Origin: Rhynchobatus australiae
Taxonomy: Eukaryota
Reading direction: 5' to 3'
DNA: 64,000 nucleotides
Assembly: GCA_034780895.1 (NCBI GenBank)
Contig: JAUZTB010000002.1
Span: 93,445,366-93,509,365, forward strand
Shown: in pieces, positions 13,626 to 25,339 of the stretch
How positions within the stretch are numbered: the stretch's first letter is position 1
Layout: the number at the start of each line of letters is the position of its first letter
The notes under the pieces: model-generated
Databases searched by the model: none
Told to the model about the DNA's origin: nothing
Seen by the model: the letters and a program-made list of their open reading frames with translations, nothing else
Position numbers and translations under genes: made by a program

Positions 13626-13631
13626 TTTATT
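13626..13631 (-). terminator. Candidate polyadenylation signal of the minus-strand gene
   Basis: AATAAA on the minus strand ~0.9 kb after the stop at 14520, followed by T-rich sequence; further AATAAA near 13571-13576. Confidence 0.3.
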
Positions 13632-14199
13632 ATACAAATATATATGAAATGATAATGAACTATTTTGGTTTGTGGACCAACATTAAACAGCAGATTCCAA
13701 AATGATGAGTCTTCCCTTCAGCAGTTCTCCTTCTATAAATGGTTTGTCCTTGAATACTAATGGCTATTTAGTGTTGTGAACAGATCTGACTGCTGTCCTT
13801 AGCAAGAGGTAAAGCTGTTAAAAGTGCATGGATGTTTTACCCAAGATGGACAATGAAACATTTGTGATGCCTGCATGCAGACTGTTACTGCAATAGAGAC
13901 TGTAACTGCATGGAGACCTTCGGTGCCATTTTCTCATTCTTGATCCTTGGACAGTCTGAAGCCTCAAGGGAATAATGATGAATTGCTGCAGCATGGCACA
14001 GAAGTAATACTATAGATACTCCCAATGTTCCCATATTCACTTCAGTCATGTCAGTAGTGAAGGTGCGAGCTTAGCACCTGCATGATTTATTTTAGGCTGT
14101 AAAATCAAGCACCTATTAATGAACATAGACCTCAGCTGACAGAAATGAAAATATCATGGTATCCTAAATTTAGTTACTAGAAGTTTTATTTATTTAACA

Positions 14200-14332
14200 G
14201 TGCCATTGCAGATGTTGCCTTTTTAATTAACTGAACTTAAATTCCCAAGTGGGATATTAGCTCATCCCTCTGATCCATTACGCCAGGGCTTTGGATTCCA
14301 AACCACTAACCCAACGACAATGCCACCGTATC
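14200..14332 (-). mobile_element. tRNA-derived SINE head fragment
   Basis: Similar to the reverse complement of the SINE head at 38780-38850 (atcccac...aatttaagttcagttaat). Confidence 0.45.
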
Positions 14333-14519
14333 ACATAGATAAGCAGTGAACTGTCAGACTGACACATGACCTGGTTCTGCAGACAGTACCGAGATATGGC
14401 AACACAGACTGTTGATTTGATATGTTACATCTAGTTACAAAATTAAGTACTATGAAATACAGGAAATTAGATAAATATTGAAGTGAAATAGCAGTGTCAT
14501 AGCTTTCAGGAACCTTTCA

Positions 14520-14693
14520 TCAACAGTTGGGATAGTCGCTGCTGAATGAGGCTACAATGAACGTCAATAGTGTAACCTTCATGTTCCCCTTGGTATCAGA
14601 ACATTTCCGAGGGTTTCTCTTCCAAGGTGCAATATATGCAAGAAATTGATCAACCTTCAAAATCCGTATGTAGAATCTGCCAATTTCTGTTTC
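14520..14693 (-). CDS. Probable last coding exon of an unidentified multi-exon gene
   Basis: Acceptor gctttttattccaaag|GAA; phase 0; open 57 codons ETEIGRFYIRILKVDQFLAYIAPWKRNPRK...SSDYPNC then TGA TGA; an internal donor (AAG|gttgat) cannot be excluded. Confidence 0.6.
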   Translation of the reverse strand, partial: ETEIGRFYIRILKVDQFLAYIAPWKRNPRKCSDTKGNMKVTLLTFIVASFSSDYPNC

Positions 14694-14949
14694 CTTTGGA
14701 ATAAAAAGCAGTCACATTCAAGGTCCTCAAACAATAAAATCATGAAGTTTATCTGTGGGATAACTCTCACCCACAATCAGTCATCAACTACAACAAATTA
14801 ATTCTATACCCATCAGTCACAAACAATTTATGATTTAGAATTGAATGTATTGATCAGGTAGAAGCCAATTGAACACTTGGTTACAAAACAAGGCCACAGT
14901 TTTATTCTCAGTTCTTAACATTTACCTTAGTTTAAAAAGCAAAAAAAAA

Positions 14950-15115
14950 ATGCAGGTGCTGGAAATCCGAAATAAAAAACAAAAATGCTGAAAATACTCA
15001 GATTCTTGCTTCCAGAATTCCAGAACTGAGGTTTGACAAAAGCCTTGACCCAAAACCTTAACTCTGTTTCCCCTTCCACAAATGTTGCTTAATCTGCTAA
15101 GTGTTTCCAGCAATA
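14950..15115. mobile_element. Head-to-head pair of pLTR-derived fragments
   Basis: tgcaggtgctggaaatccgaaataaaa...tgctgaaaatactcag (-) followed by gccttgacccaaaaccttaac...ctgctaagtgtttccagca (+). Confidence 0.6.
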
Positions 15116-15679
15116 TCAACTTTTTACATTTCTTTGGTCCACTTTAAGTAAAATATGGTAATGGTCATGGAAATAATTAATTTCTATCCATCATTTACCT
15201 TCTATTTTTCAGTTCCGTTAACTTCCTTCATTAGACAGAAGGAGATACACATGTTCAAAATTTAGAATTTCTTTCAAGTGTAATCCAAAACCTGATTTAA
15301 TAGATGTACAATGTTACTGAATGCCTGCAGAATAGCATCTGGTAAGGCCATTCAGTATTTACAGTTAAACAGGCCAATATGGGAAAGAACAACATTTTTA
15401 TTTCAGGTTGAATGATTTCACTGCTCAGAATAATCAGTCCCAGAGTTCACGTAAAGCTCCAAACCACATTAAGTTTAAGCATGCCAAATGTGCAAGTTCA
15501 CCAGGCTGACATTTAGAATTTGATAGAAAGCACCTGTAAATAGAAATAACCATGAGTATATCTTTATATCACTGTTGGATTCAATTACAATAAATTGTTC
15601 ACTGAAAATTACCCCAAAAACCATGCAACATTGATTAAATGATGAACATTTTCTTTAAGGTTCTCACTCAACAGCTGCA

Positions 15680-17402
15680 AAGAGAAACAAAGGACTGCAG
15701 ATGCTGGAATCTAGACGAAAAACACTATGATGCTGGAGGAACTCAGCAGGCCAGGCAGNNNNNNNNNNNNNNNNNNNNNNNNNNNNNNNNNNNNNNNNNN
15801 NNNNNNNNNNNNNNNNNNNNNNNNNNNNNNNNNNNNNNNNNNNNNNNNNNNNNNNNNNNNNNNNNNNNNNNNNNNNNNNNNNNNNNNNNNNNNNNNNNNN
15901 NNNNNNNNNNNNNNNNNNNNNNNNNNNNNNNNNNNNNNNNNNNNNNNNNNNNNNNNNNNNNNNNNNNNNNNNNNNNNNNNNNNNNNNNNNNNNNNNNNNN
16001 NNNNNNNNNNNNNNNNNNNNNNNNNNNNNNNNNNNNNNNNNNNNNNNNNNNNNNNNNNGGTCAACATTTCAGGTCAGGACCCTTCTTCAGGACTGAAGAT
16101 AGGAAAAAGGGAAGCCCAATATATAGGAGGGAAAAGCAGAGCAGTAATAGGTGGACCTTTCTCTCCTTCCTCGATCTTTGCATCTCCATCTCAAGAGATT
16201 CCTTGTCCACCAACATCTTCTACAAACCCACTGACACCCACGGCTACCTCTATTACAGCTCCTCCCACCCTCTTTCAAGGATGCTATCTCTTTTTCTCAA
16301 TTTCTCCGCCTCATCTGCTTCCATGATGAGGCTTTCCACTCCAGGACATCCAAGGTGTCCAACTTCTTTTCTAACTGAAGCATCCTCCAGACTGGTCAAG
16401 AGAGCTCGCACCATATCTCTGCCATTTCCTGCACCTCCGCTCTCACCCCCACCGCTCCCAGACCAACGGGGATAGGGCTCCCCCTTGTCCTCATATTTCA
16501 TCCCACCAGCCTATGTATCCAACACATCATTCTCAGCCACTTTCACCATCTCCAACAGGACTCCACTACCAAGCATATCTTCCCCTCCCCACCCTTTTCT
16601 TCCTTTTCCAGGGACTGCTCTCACCGCAACTCCCTAAGTTCACTCCTCTCCCCCTCCCAAAACCCATTCCAATCCCAAACCGGGAACTTTCCACTGCCCC
16701 CACCATAAGTGCAATACCTGCCCCTATATCACCTCTATCACTTCCATCAAGGGACCCAAACAATCCTTTCAAGTGAGACAGACTCACCTGCACCTTCCTT
16801 AATATCATCTACTGCATTCAATGCTCCAAGTATGGCCTCCTCTACATTGGTGAGACCAAACGCAGACTAGGTGACCATTTTGCAAAACACCTGTGCTCTG
16901 TCCATAACCGCGACCTGCATCTCTCCATTACCAGTCACTTCAACTCCCCCTCCCACACCATCACATGTCAGTCCTCTGCCTCCTCCACTGCCAGGAGAAT
17001 TCCAAGCGTAAACTGGAGGAACGGCACCTCATATTCTGTCTTGGAATCTTGCAGCCTAATGGCATGAACATGGAATTCTGCCAGTTTAAGTAACCACCCA
17101 CCAAGATTCTTCTCTTCTTCCCTCTCCCAATCCCTCTCTTTTTTCTACCCCTTTTTCCCTTACCTTTGACACATCCCCCTGTGGATCTGCTCTCCCATCC
17201 TCTCCTGCACCTGCCTTTCACTATCTCTTACCTGCATCTACCTGTGTCCACCCCGCCTCCCCTCTTTTGTCCACCTGTCACTGCTCTACTTTCCCCTCAT
17301 ATATTGGGCTTCCCCTTTTCCTATCTTCAGTCCTGAAGGGTCCTGCCCAAAATGTTGACCACCTGCTTCTCCCCCCCCCCACCACCATGAATGCTACCTG
17401 GC
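15680..17402 (+). mobile_element. Penelope-like retroelement (Neptune type), 5'-truncated, with inverted 5' pLTR
   Basis: RT thumb FLDLCISI...STNIFYKPTDTHGYLYYSSSHP; Cys linker CPHHKCNTCPY; GIY-YIG NIIYCIQCSKYGLLYIGETKRRLGDHF (from 16801); C-terminus LQPNGMNMEF, stop 17091-17093; 16059-16155 is an inverted copy of 17270-17360. Confidence 0.92.
16059..16094 (-). ncRNA. Minimal type I hammerhead ribozyme-like motif in the Penelope terminal repeat
   Basis: Minus strand AGUC-CUGAAGA-A-GGGUC-CU-GACCU-GAAA-UGUU-GACC: core boxes CUGANGA and GAAA, stem II, and a short stem I (GUC/GAC); UG after GAAA is probably a decayed CG. Confidence 0.6.
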
Positions 17403-18729
17403 AACACCCAATGGGATGCTGCTCAAGACATCCTCACAGAATCAAGACCAAGCCTGGTTACAGGAGGTTGCTGGCAGAGACCAACACTCCAGTGTCACAC
17501 TGCACCACACAGTTCCTCTTTCTCAACTTTACTGATGGAGCTCTTTCTTCCTTCACTCTATTGTTAGTTTATAAATAGGAATTATTCAAGAATTTGAAAG
17601 ATGTGCTAAAACCAAAACTGTCCAACCTCAGTATAGAGTCTGGTGTTTTCGGTGTAAGCACTTTTTTTTTAAACAAGTCACCGTGATCTACAAATTGAAT
17701 CCAGGCATCTACCCAAGTTCATAAAATGTTTGCTACATCCACCACCAGCTATATAATGAGGCATGCTTCTTATACTCTTCAATTCCATGCATGCTCAAGA
17801 TGTTTTTGCAAGCTGGCTTCACCATTTCTACTGGTGTGATCAGCTGTTTATCACTGCAAGGTGCTGACAGTAGCAAAATGCCATTCCTCTGATGGAATTA
17901 GCAAGGCGCAGTTCATTTACCTGCACCATTTATGATCTATGCCAAGGCTCCAAACTAGAATTTGATGCAGTAAATCTCAACAACCTGAACCACGAGAATA
18001 CAATCCTGTAACCTGGAGAGCTCACCACTGCTCACATTTTGCTTCCTGAATACTTGATAAAAAGCAGTGGAGTAGATATATTTAGGCTGTCATCAAGAAT
18101 TAAACACATGAGCACTTTTTAAATCCAATTAAACCACAAGCATTCTTGCAATTAGAATGCACTTTACACAAAAACTACCCAAAAATTCTCTACATCTGAC
18201 AAGAATTTCTTCTGCAATGTCACTTTTTCCCCTTGCTGCCTCAATGAGTGGTAAATAGTTAACTTCATAATTTACATCAAAACCTAGGATTGCAAATCAT
18301 CAACTGCCAAATGAATTAACTGTTTGAGGAAATGCTATTTTCAATCTAAGAAACCACAGAAAGGGCCAAATGCCATAGTGCAGGGCATTAACATGGTCGA
18401 AAATGTTTAAGAAAGACAACGTACACAGACAGCATTGATTGCAAAGATAGCATCAAGTTTGGGTTTTAAACAGTTAAGGGGATTTCAGAAAAAGGGATAA
18501 GAAACGTAATAAGCTCCAGAGAGAAAGAATATTTAGAGAAGATATTCTCCAAAACCAATCTTGTTTTTTTTTAAAAATTGCAATAGTGCAACTTGGTAAA
18601 AATTAAAAGTTGGAAGCGTGGGGTTATACTTGAATAAAAGAGAACCTGGAGCAGGTTAACAAACACTTTTCTCTATGGCTAGCACTGGNNNNNNNNNCAA
18701 AATGCATGAAAGAAAATCAGCTATATAAA

Positions 18730-19078
18730 AGAAAAAGAAATTGCTGCAAATACTTAGCAGACCAGGCAGCATCTGTGGAGTGTGTTTTAAATAGCAGGGA
18801 GGAGAAGAGGTGGATAGAACACCTTTGTGTGTCAATGATAGGGTGGAGACCAAAGGCCAATTGCTTTAAGAGGAGGAAATGAGCTGGTCAACCTTGCTCA
18901 CCACCCTATCACAGACATCCCCTTTATCCTCTCTATGCCCCACCTTCTCTGCAAGTTTTTCCTCACATTTTCAGTTTTGAAGGGTCATTAACCTGAAATG
19001 TTAATGCTGTTTTCCACAAATTCTGCCTGACCTGCTCGGTGTCCCCAGAATTCCATTTTTATTTCAGATTTCCAGCAA
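18730..19078. mobile_element. Palindromic non-autonomous element made of two inverted pLTR copies
   Basis: Left arm cagaccaggcagcatctgtgga...tgatagggtgg; right arm ccaccctatca...gaagggtcattaacctgaaatgtt...ctgcctgacctgct. Confidence 0.7.
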
Positions 19079-19254
19079 ATTGGCTACTAACTCAAAATGA
19101 GAGCTGCACTGTGAAGTCAAACACAGTGCATCAGAGGACAAGATATAGGAGCACACCTATTATACACGTAAACACTACTCCGCAACTTTCTAAAGCTTCC
19201 CTGATCATGGAGGAACTTTAGATTGTTTCACATATCCAGTGGCCAGATTAATGG

Positions 19255-19490
19255 TACATGGGTATCGCAGGCAAGGCCAGCATTTCATGCCCATCACCAA
19301 GTGTCCTCAAGAAAGTGATAGTGAGCCATTTTCTTAAACCAATGGAATCCATCTGACAAAGTAATACCAGGGAATTCCAGGATTTACAAGTCAGTATTAA
19401 CAAAGGTACACTGATGTATCAAGTCGTGATAATGGACAGGAACTTGCAGACTGGGGCACTCCCTTTCACCTGTGGTCCTTGCTCTTTCAC
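19255..19490 (-). mobile_element. L2/CR1-group LINE 3' end
   Basis: gcaggcaaggccagcatttcatgcccatc...agggaattccaggattt is the reverse complement of the 3050-3215 tail. Confidence 0.6.
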
Positions 19491-19514
19491 CTGATACAAG
19501 TCTTAATTTAAATA

Positions 19515-19790
19515 AAGGGCCATAGAGCCCCTCTAGTCTGCTTTACCACTCAATAAGATTATGACTGATTTTCAACATCAACTCCAATCTCCTGCTTGAT
19601 CTCCACAACTCAGTTATCTTGTCTAAAAATCTATCTCAGCCTTGATTATACTCAATGACTTGGTCTCCACACCATGAATAGAAGATTTCAAAGATTCACA
19701 AGTCTCAAAGAAATCCTTTCAGACTGCTTTTTAAATGGCCAACCCTTTATCCTAAGGTAGTGTCCTCCAATTCTAGACATGCCACATATT
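19515..19790 (-). mobile_element. CR1 3' fragment
   Basis: ggccatagagccc...caataagattatgactgat...tttcaaagattcacaa...aaatggccaacccttt. Confidence 0.75.
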
Positions 19791-20019
19791 GCAAACTTGG
19801 AGGCATTGTTGAAACAATCTTGGTTAGTTTCTCCAGTGCCACAACCTACAGCCAGTTTGCACCATTACCTTACCTAGTCATTCAATCTCTAATCACATTC
19901 TCCAGGCATTTTCTTAAAATGCTTACAGCTATAACAAAGATGGTCTATTATTTCAAAAATAGCAAAATTAATCATTCATAGTTAACTGTTAAAAAATTGT
20001 AACTATTAGAAATTTACTG

Positions 20020-21795
20020 CAACAAGGAGGCAACTTGGTCCATGCCAACATCAAAACGGAGCTATATGAAATTACTCCCACTTCTCATCTCTTGGTCTAA
20101 TGCCTCGGTCACACCTTCCAAACAGGATAAGGTTTTTCTGACTCCTATACCCTTTCAGGCAAAGATTTCCAGACTCTCTAATACATTTTGAGGAAAAGAT
20201 TTTTTTTAAATTCTCCTCTAATTCTTCCACCAACTTGTATCCAAAAGCAGCGACTTGGCATTCTGCAATCCACTTGTATAAGATGCTACATTGTAGAAAC
20301 CAGAGTGGCACACAGATTTGTACAATGCCTCCATTCAGTATGCAAAGATGACTCTGAACTTTCAGCTGATAATCATTTCAATTCTCCTTCTCACCTCTTT
20401 CTTCGACCTCCTACACTCTTCCAGTGAAGTTCAACACAATTCCAATGAAGAGCATCTGCTCTCCCAACTGGACACTTTACAGCCTTCTCTACTCCACACT
20501 GAATTCAACAACAGAAGCCATTCCTGCCATTTATCTCATTTCCAGCATTCAGTTATTTTCCTCACTTCTCGTAATTTCACATCTCATTTGCCAACTCCTA
20601 TTCATACCTCCCCCACATACGTCTTTTGTTAGTCACTGGCCTGTCCTGCTGAGTATTTCCAGCATCTGTTTTAAATCCATGTTCTCTACTTAATTTCTCT
20701 GCCAAAGAAAATAGGTACTACCCATTTACCCCATCTCAGCCTCTCAATTTTATCTACCTCAATTAATTCTCCCCNNNNNNNNNNNNNNNNNNNNNNNAAG
20801 AAAGCAACATTCAGCCTAACAGTCTCTCCTCACAATCATCATTCTTCTACCCTGGCAACAACCTCTTCTGACACAAAGATAAAATGATGGAAATACTCAG
20901 CTTCAGAACATTTTTTTTGTCAGTACACCCTCAGGTGTTAGCACATTATTTCTGTTACATAGTATTCAGAACTGTACAGTGTACTCCTGTTATAGCTTAA
21001 CGAAGAGCAATCTACCAGTCCTGCAACCTTCAAGGGTCTTATGGACATGCACCAAAGTCCTTTGGTTCCTCTATACTTTTAATTGTCCTTTGTATGCTGC
21101 GTTTTTGCTCATCTTGTTTGCCATTCTTTCCTGTCATGTATAAAACATCTCGGGGTTTTCTTTGATGTTAACTACCAACATTCTTTCATCCTCCCTCTTT
21201 GCCTTCCAAGTTCCCTTTTTAATTCCCCACCCTGCACCTTCCATGCTCCTGTCGGCTTTCTGCAGTGCTCAGCTCCTAGTGTTTGTCATAAAATGTCCTT
21301 TTTTGCTCCTGAACGTTCAAAGGGTTCTAGATTTGGAAGATCTTTTTATTGGGAATATGTTTTGTCTGAACTCCCATCACTTGCTTAAATCCTCACTACT
21401 TCCTTGAATACCTTCCACTGTCCTTACACATTTACCATTATGTAGCTTGTCCCATTCCACTTTTGCTACATCATATTTCAAGCCTGGTAAAATTGGCCTT
21501 ATCCCGGTTTAAAACTTTTATTCCTAGTCTAACCATGTCATTTTCCATAACTGTGCTAAACCTATGATCGCTGTCTTCAAAATGCTCTTCTACTGTCACT
21601 CTTCCCGCTTTCTCAGGTTTGTTCCCTAAACCGCTTTGATAGGCTTGCTAAGTATTGATTGAAAAAGTTCTTTCAAGTGCAATTTAAGAATTTTTAGCCT
21701 TTACTATTATACTGTTCTGGTTAATGTTAGGTAAGTGTTGTTTTTCCATTTCTCACAAGACTTCCTTATATATTTGCTCGTCTACCTCCCTTTGA
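20020..21795 (-). mobile_element. Old CR1 LINE interrupted by a Penelope fragment
   Basis: CR1 3' sequence (ttccagactctctaatac...gaggaaaagattttt) stops near 20235 and resumes near 20695 (aaagaaaatagg...cctggcaacaacctc...cagaactgtacagtgtactc). Confidence 0.65.
20240..20680 (+). mobile_element. Degenerate Penelope GIY-YIG/3' fragment
   Basis: Remnants YIVETR, NHFNSPSH, EEHLLSQLDTLQPSLLHTEFNN, homologous to 16840-17090; pLTR piece cctgctgagtatttccagca at the end. Confidence 0.7.
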
Positions 21796-21801
21796 CTGCT
21801 T

Positions 21802-22185
21802 AGACCATAAGATATTGGAGCAGAATTAGGCCATTCGAGTCTGCTCCGCCATTTGATCATGGCTGATTTAATTTTCCCTCAACTCCATTCTCCTNNNNNN
21901 NNNNATCAACCTCCGCTTTAAATATACCCAGTGACTTGGCCTCCACAGCCATCTGTGGCGATTCCACAGATTCACCACCCTCTTGCTAAAGAAATTCTCC
22001 TCATCTCTGTTCTAAAGGGACGTCCTTCTATTCTGAAGCTGTGCCCCCTGTTCCAAGGCTCTCCCATGACTAGAAACATCCTCTCCACATCCAATCTATC
22101 CAGGCCTTTCAATATTCAGTAGGTTTCAATGAGATTCCCCATTCTACTCTAGCAGGTACAGGCCCAGAGCCATCAAATGCTGGCT
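21802..22185 (-). mobile_element. Younger CR1 3' fragment
   Basis: accataagatattggagcagaattaggccattc...ttccacagattcaccaccctc...ggcccagagccatcaaa. Confidence 0.9.
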
Positions 22186-22194
22186 GCACTACCC

Positions 22195-22888
22195 AATACG
22201 AGCAGGTGTAAGCCATTCAGATCCTTGCACTTGTGCCATTCAATAGGAACATGGCCAATCTTTATGCCTACACCATTTTCCTGCACTAAACCTATTAAGG
22301 GATTCCCCTGATATCCAAAAACCTATCAATCTCCTTTTGTATACTCAGCAGCAGAGCTTCCACAGCCCTCTGCAGGAAAATTCCAGAGATTCATCATCCT
22401 CTGGATAAAGAAATGTCTTCTTGCAGTCGTGAATGACCAGACCCCGACTCTGATTGCAGCCAGGGGAACCATCAACCCTGCATCTACCCATTTAAGCCAC
22501 ATAATAATTATGAGACTTGATAGAGAATGATAAATAGAAGAATGAGACAAAGAAAAATGACACAATCCCATATTTCAATGGGATCATTCCATTCTTCTAC
22601 ACTCAAAGAGTACAGGCCCAAACTATTTAATCTCTCCTCATCTTTCTTCTCCACCCCAAGAATCACTATGGTAAACACTGCATTCCTCGGATCACAAATA
22701 TATCTTTCCTTGGATAGAGACACCAGAGACACAATGCTCCAAAAGCTACCATGACAGCTTGTATATTTTCAGTAAGACACCTCTACTCTTGCACTGAAAT
22801 CTTATTGCAATACAGACCAACATACCATTTGCCTTCTTAATCGCCCACCATACCTGCATGCTCACTGTCAGTAATTTACATGCAGGGA
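22195..22888 (-). mobile_element. CR1 3' fragment
   Basis: gcaggtgtaagccattcag...ttccagagattcatcatcctctggataaagaaa...ccaacataccatttgccttctt. Confidence 0.85.
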
Positions 22889-22889
22889 C

Positions 22890-24505
22890 AGCATAGAACA
22901 TTACAGCACAGTACAGGCCCTTCAGACCACAATGTTGTGTTTACATTTTATCCTGCTCTAATATCTATCTAACCCTTCCCTCCCACATGGCCCCCTCCCA
23001 TTTCTTTATCATGTGTCTAACAGTCTCTTAAAAGTCCCGAATGTATCTGCCCCCACAACCTCTGCCAACAGTGCATTCCACGCAAACATCACTGTGTAAA
23101 AAAAAACTTACCCCTGACATCCCCATTATACCTTCCTCCAATCACCTTAAAATTATATCCCCTCGTGTTAGCCATTGTCGCCCTGGGAAAAAGTCTCTGA
23201 CTGTCCACTCAATCTATACCTCTTATCTCTTGTGCACCTCTATCAAGTCACCTCTCATCCTCCTCCTCTCCAAAGAGAAAAGCCCTAGCTCACTCAACCT
23301 ATCCNNNNNNNNNNNNNNNNNNNNNNNNNNNNNNNNNNNNNNNNNNNNNNNNNNNNNNNNNNNNNNNNNNNNNNNNNNNNNNNNNNNNNNNNNNNNNNNN
23401 NNNNNNNNNNNNNNNNNNNNNNNNNNNNNNNNNNNNNNNNNNNNNNNNNNNNNNNNNNNNNNNNNNNNNNNNNNNNNNNNNNNNNNNNNNNNNNNNNNNN
23501 NNNNNNNNNNNNNNNNNNNNNNNNNNNNNNNNNNNNNNNNNNNNNNNNNNNNNNNNNNNNNNNNNNNNNNNNNNNNNNNNNNNNNNNNNNNNNNNNNNNN
23601 NNNNNNNNNNNNNNNNNNNNNNNNNNNNNNNNNNNNNNNNNNNNNNNNNNNNNNNNNNNNNNNNNNNNNNNNNNNNNNNNNNNNNNNNNNNNNNNNNNNN
23701 NNNNNNNNNNNNNNNNNNNNNNNNNNNNNNNNNNNNNNNNNNNNNNNNNNNNNNNNNNNNNNNNNNNNNNNNNNNNNNNNNNNNNNNNNNNNNNNNNNNN
23801 NNNNNNNNNNNNNNNNNNNNNNNNNNNNNNNNNNNNNNNNNNNNNNNNNNNNNNNNNNNNNNNNNNNNNNNNNNNNNNNNNNNNNNNNNNNNNNNNNNNN
23901 NNNNNNNNNNNNNNNNNNNNNNNNNNNNNNNNNNNNNNNNNNNNNNNNNNNNNNNNNNNNNNNNNNNNNNNNNNNNNNNNNNNNNNNNNNNNNNNNNNNN
24001 NNNNNNNNNNNNNNNNNNNNNNNNNNNNNNNNNNNNNNNNNNNNNNNNNNNNNNNNNNNNNNNNNNNNNNNNNNNNNNNNNNNNNNNNNNNNNNNNNNNN
24101 NNNNNNNNNNNNNNNNNNNNNNNNNNNNNNNNNNNNNNNNNNNNNNNNNNNNNNNNNNNNNNNNNNNNNNNNNNNNNNNNNNNNNNNNNNNNNNNNNNNN
24201 NNNNNNNNNNNNNNNNNNNNNNNNNNNNNNNNNNNNNNNNNNNNNNNNNNNNNNNNNNNNNNNNNNNNNNNNNNNNNNNNAGACTCACTGGTCTGTAATT
24301 CCCAGGGTTATCCCTACTCCCTTTCTTAAACAAAGGAACAACATTTGCCATCCTCCATCATTTGGCACTACTCCTGTGGCCAGTGAGGACACAAAGATCG
24401 CTGCCAAAGGCACAGCAATCTCTTCCCTTGCTTCCCATAATAACCTTGGATATATCCCATCTGGCCCCAGTGACTTATCTATCCTAATGTTTTTCCCAAA
24501 AGTTC
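22890..24505 (-). mobile_element. Young CR1 spanning an assembly gap
   Basis: Tail catagaacattacagcacagtacaggcccttc at left; right of the gap reads ANVVPLFKKGSRDNPGNYRPVS on the minus strand; same subfamily as 54048-54343. Confidence 0.9.
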
Positions 24506-25198
24506 CAGTATTTTTTCCAATCTCCCACCATTTAAGAAACTACTTTTCATTTTTCTATATACCCCCAGCCATAAGACATCCTCCTCATAACTCTCCTTTG
24601 CTATCCAGCATTTAATCATCAGTATACAACACAAATGTACAAAGGAAAATTAAGCTTGAGTTAGCTATTATTTAAATTTATATAAAAATATAATGTTCAT
24701 TGTTGCCATTTGGCCTCTCCCCTTCAATAATGAGACTTGGAGTGTTATGTCCGACGTTAAGATGCACATTCAGCCTTTAAATACTGACTTGATTGACATT
24801 CAGGAACAAACAAGATAAAAAAGGAACAAAATACTTAGCACCTGTCCAAAGTTTTCATTGACCTTACAAGTAGAGATTTGGTCATTTTCACAATTATTAA
24901 AGGGTATTCATTTAAACTAAAGGGCACTGAAAAACCAATACCAAAACAAATTTAGGATTTAATCACATTAGAGAAGGTGATGAGGCATGATCAAGACAGT
25001 GAAATCCAAATTATGTTAGTAAATTAGATATTTTACAAAGGATTTTGTGTTAAGAATAATGCACAACGTTTCAACCTTGTGTCTGTTCCAGCAGTATTCA
25101 TTCCTCTGAGAATGTACAACTTTTTACTTCCACCACTAATCAGATTAATTGCAGCTATACTATAAGCAAGGCATTCACAAACTACAATTACAAAGTAC

Positions 25199-25249
25199 CA
25201 ATTGCACAACAGTGAATAAATGCGGTTCTGTGTAGAAATGTTTTCTATT
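25199..25249 (-). CDS. Internal exon (51 nt, phase 0-0) of the unidentified gene
   Basis: ttttaatattgttggttag|AAT...TTG|gtactt; NRKHFYTEPHLFTVVQL; phases fit both neighbours. Confidence 0.55.
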
Positions 25250-25339
25250 CTAACCAACAATATTAAAACAAAAACAAGTATTCCAAGCATTTAAACCGAG
25301 AGAAATATTAACTTTGTTTACTTTGGTCATTTGCAATAC

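Noticed and set aside
23041-24615. Long ORFs of 200-524 aa here and at 15639, 53417-54369 and 54806-55807
   Set aside because: Their length comes from N runs translated as X; the flanks are TE or non-coding sequence
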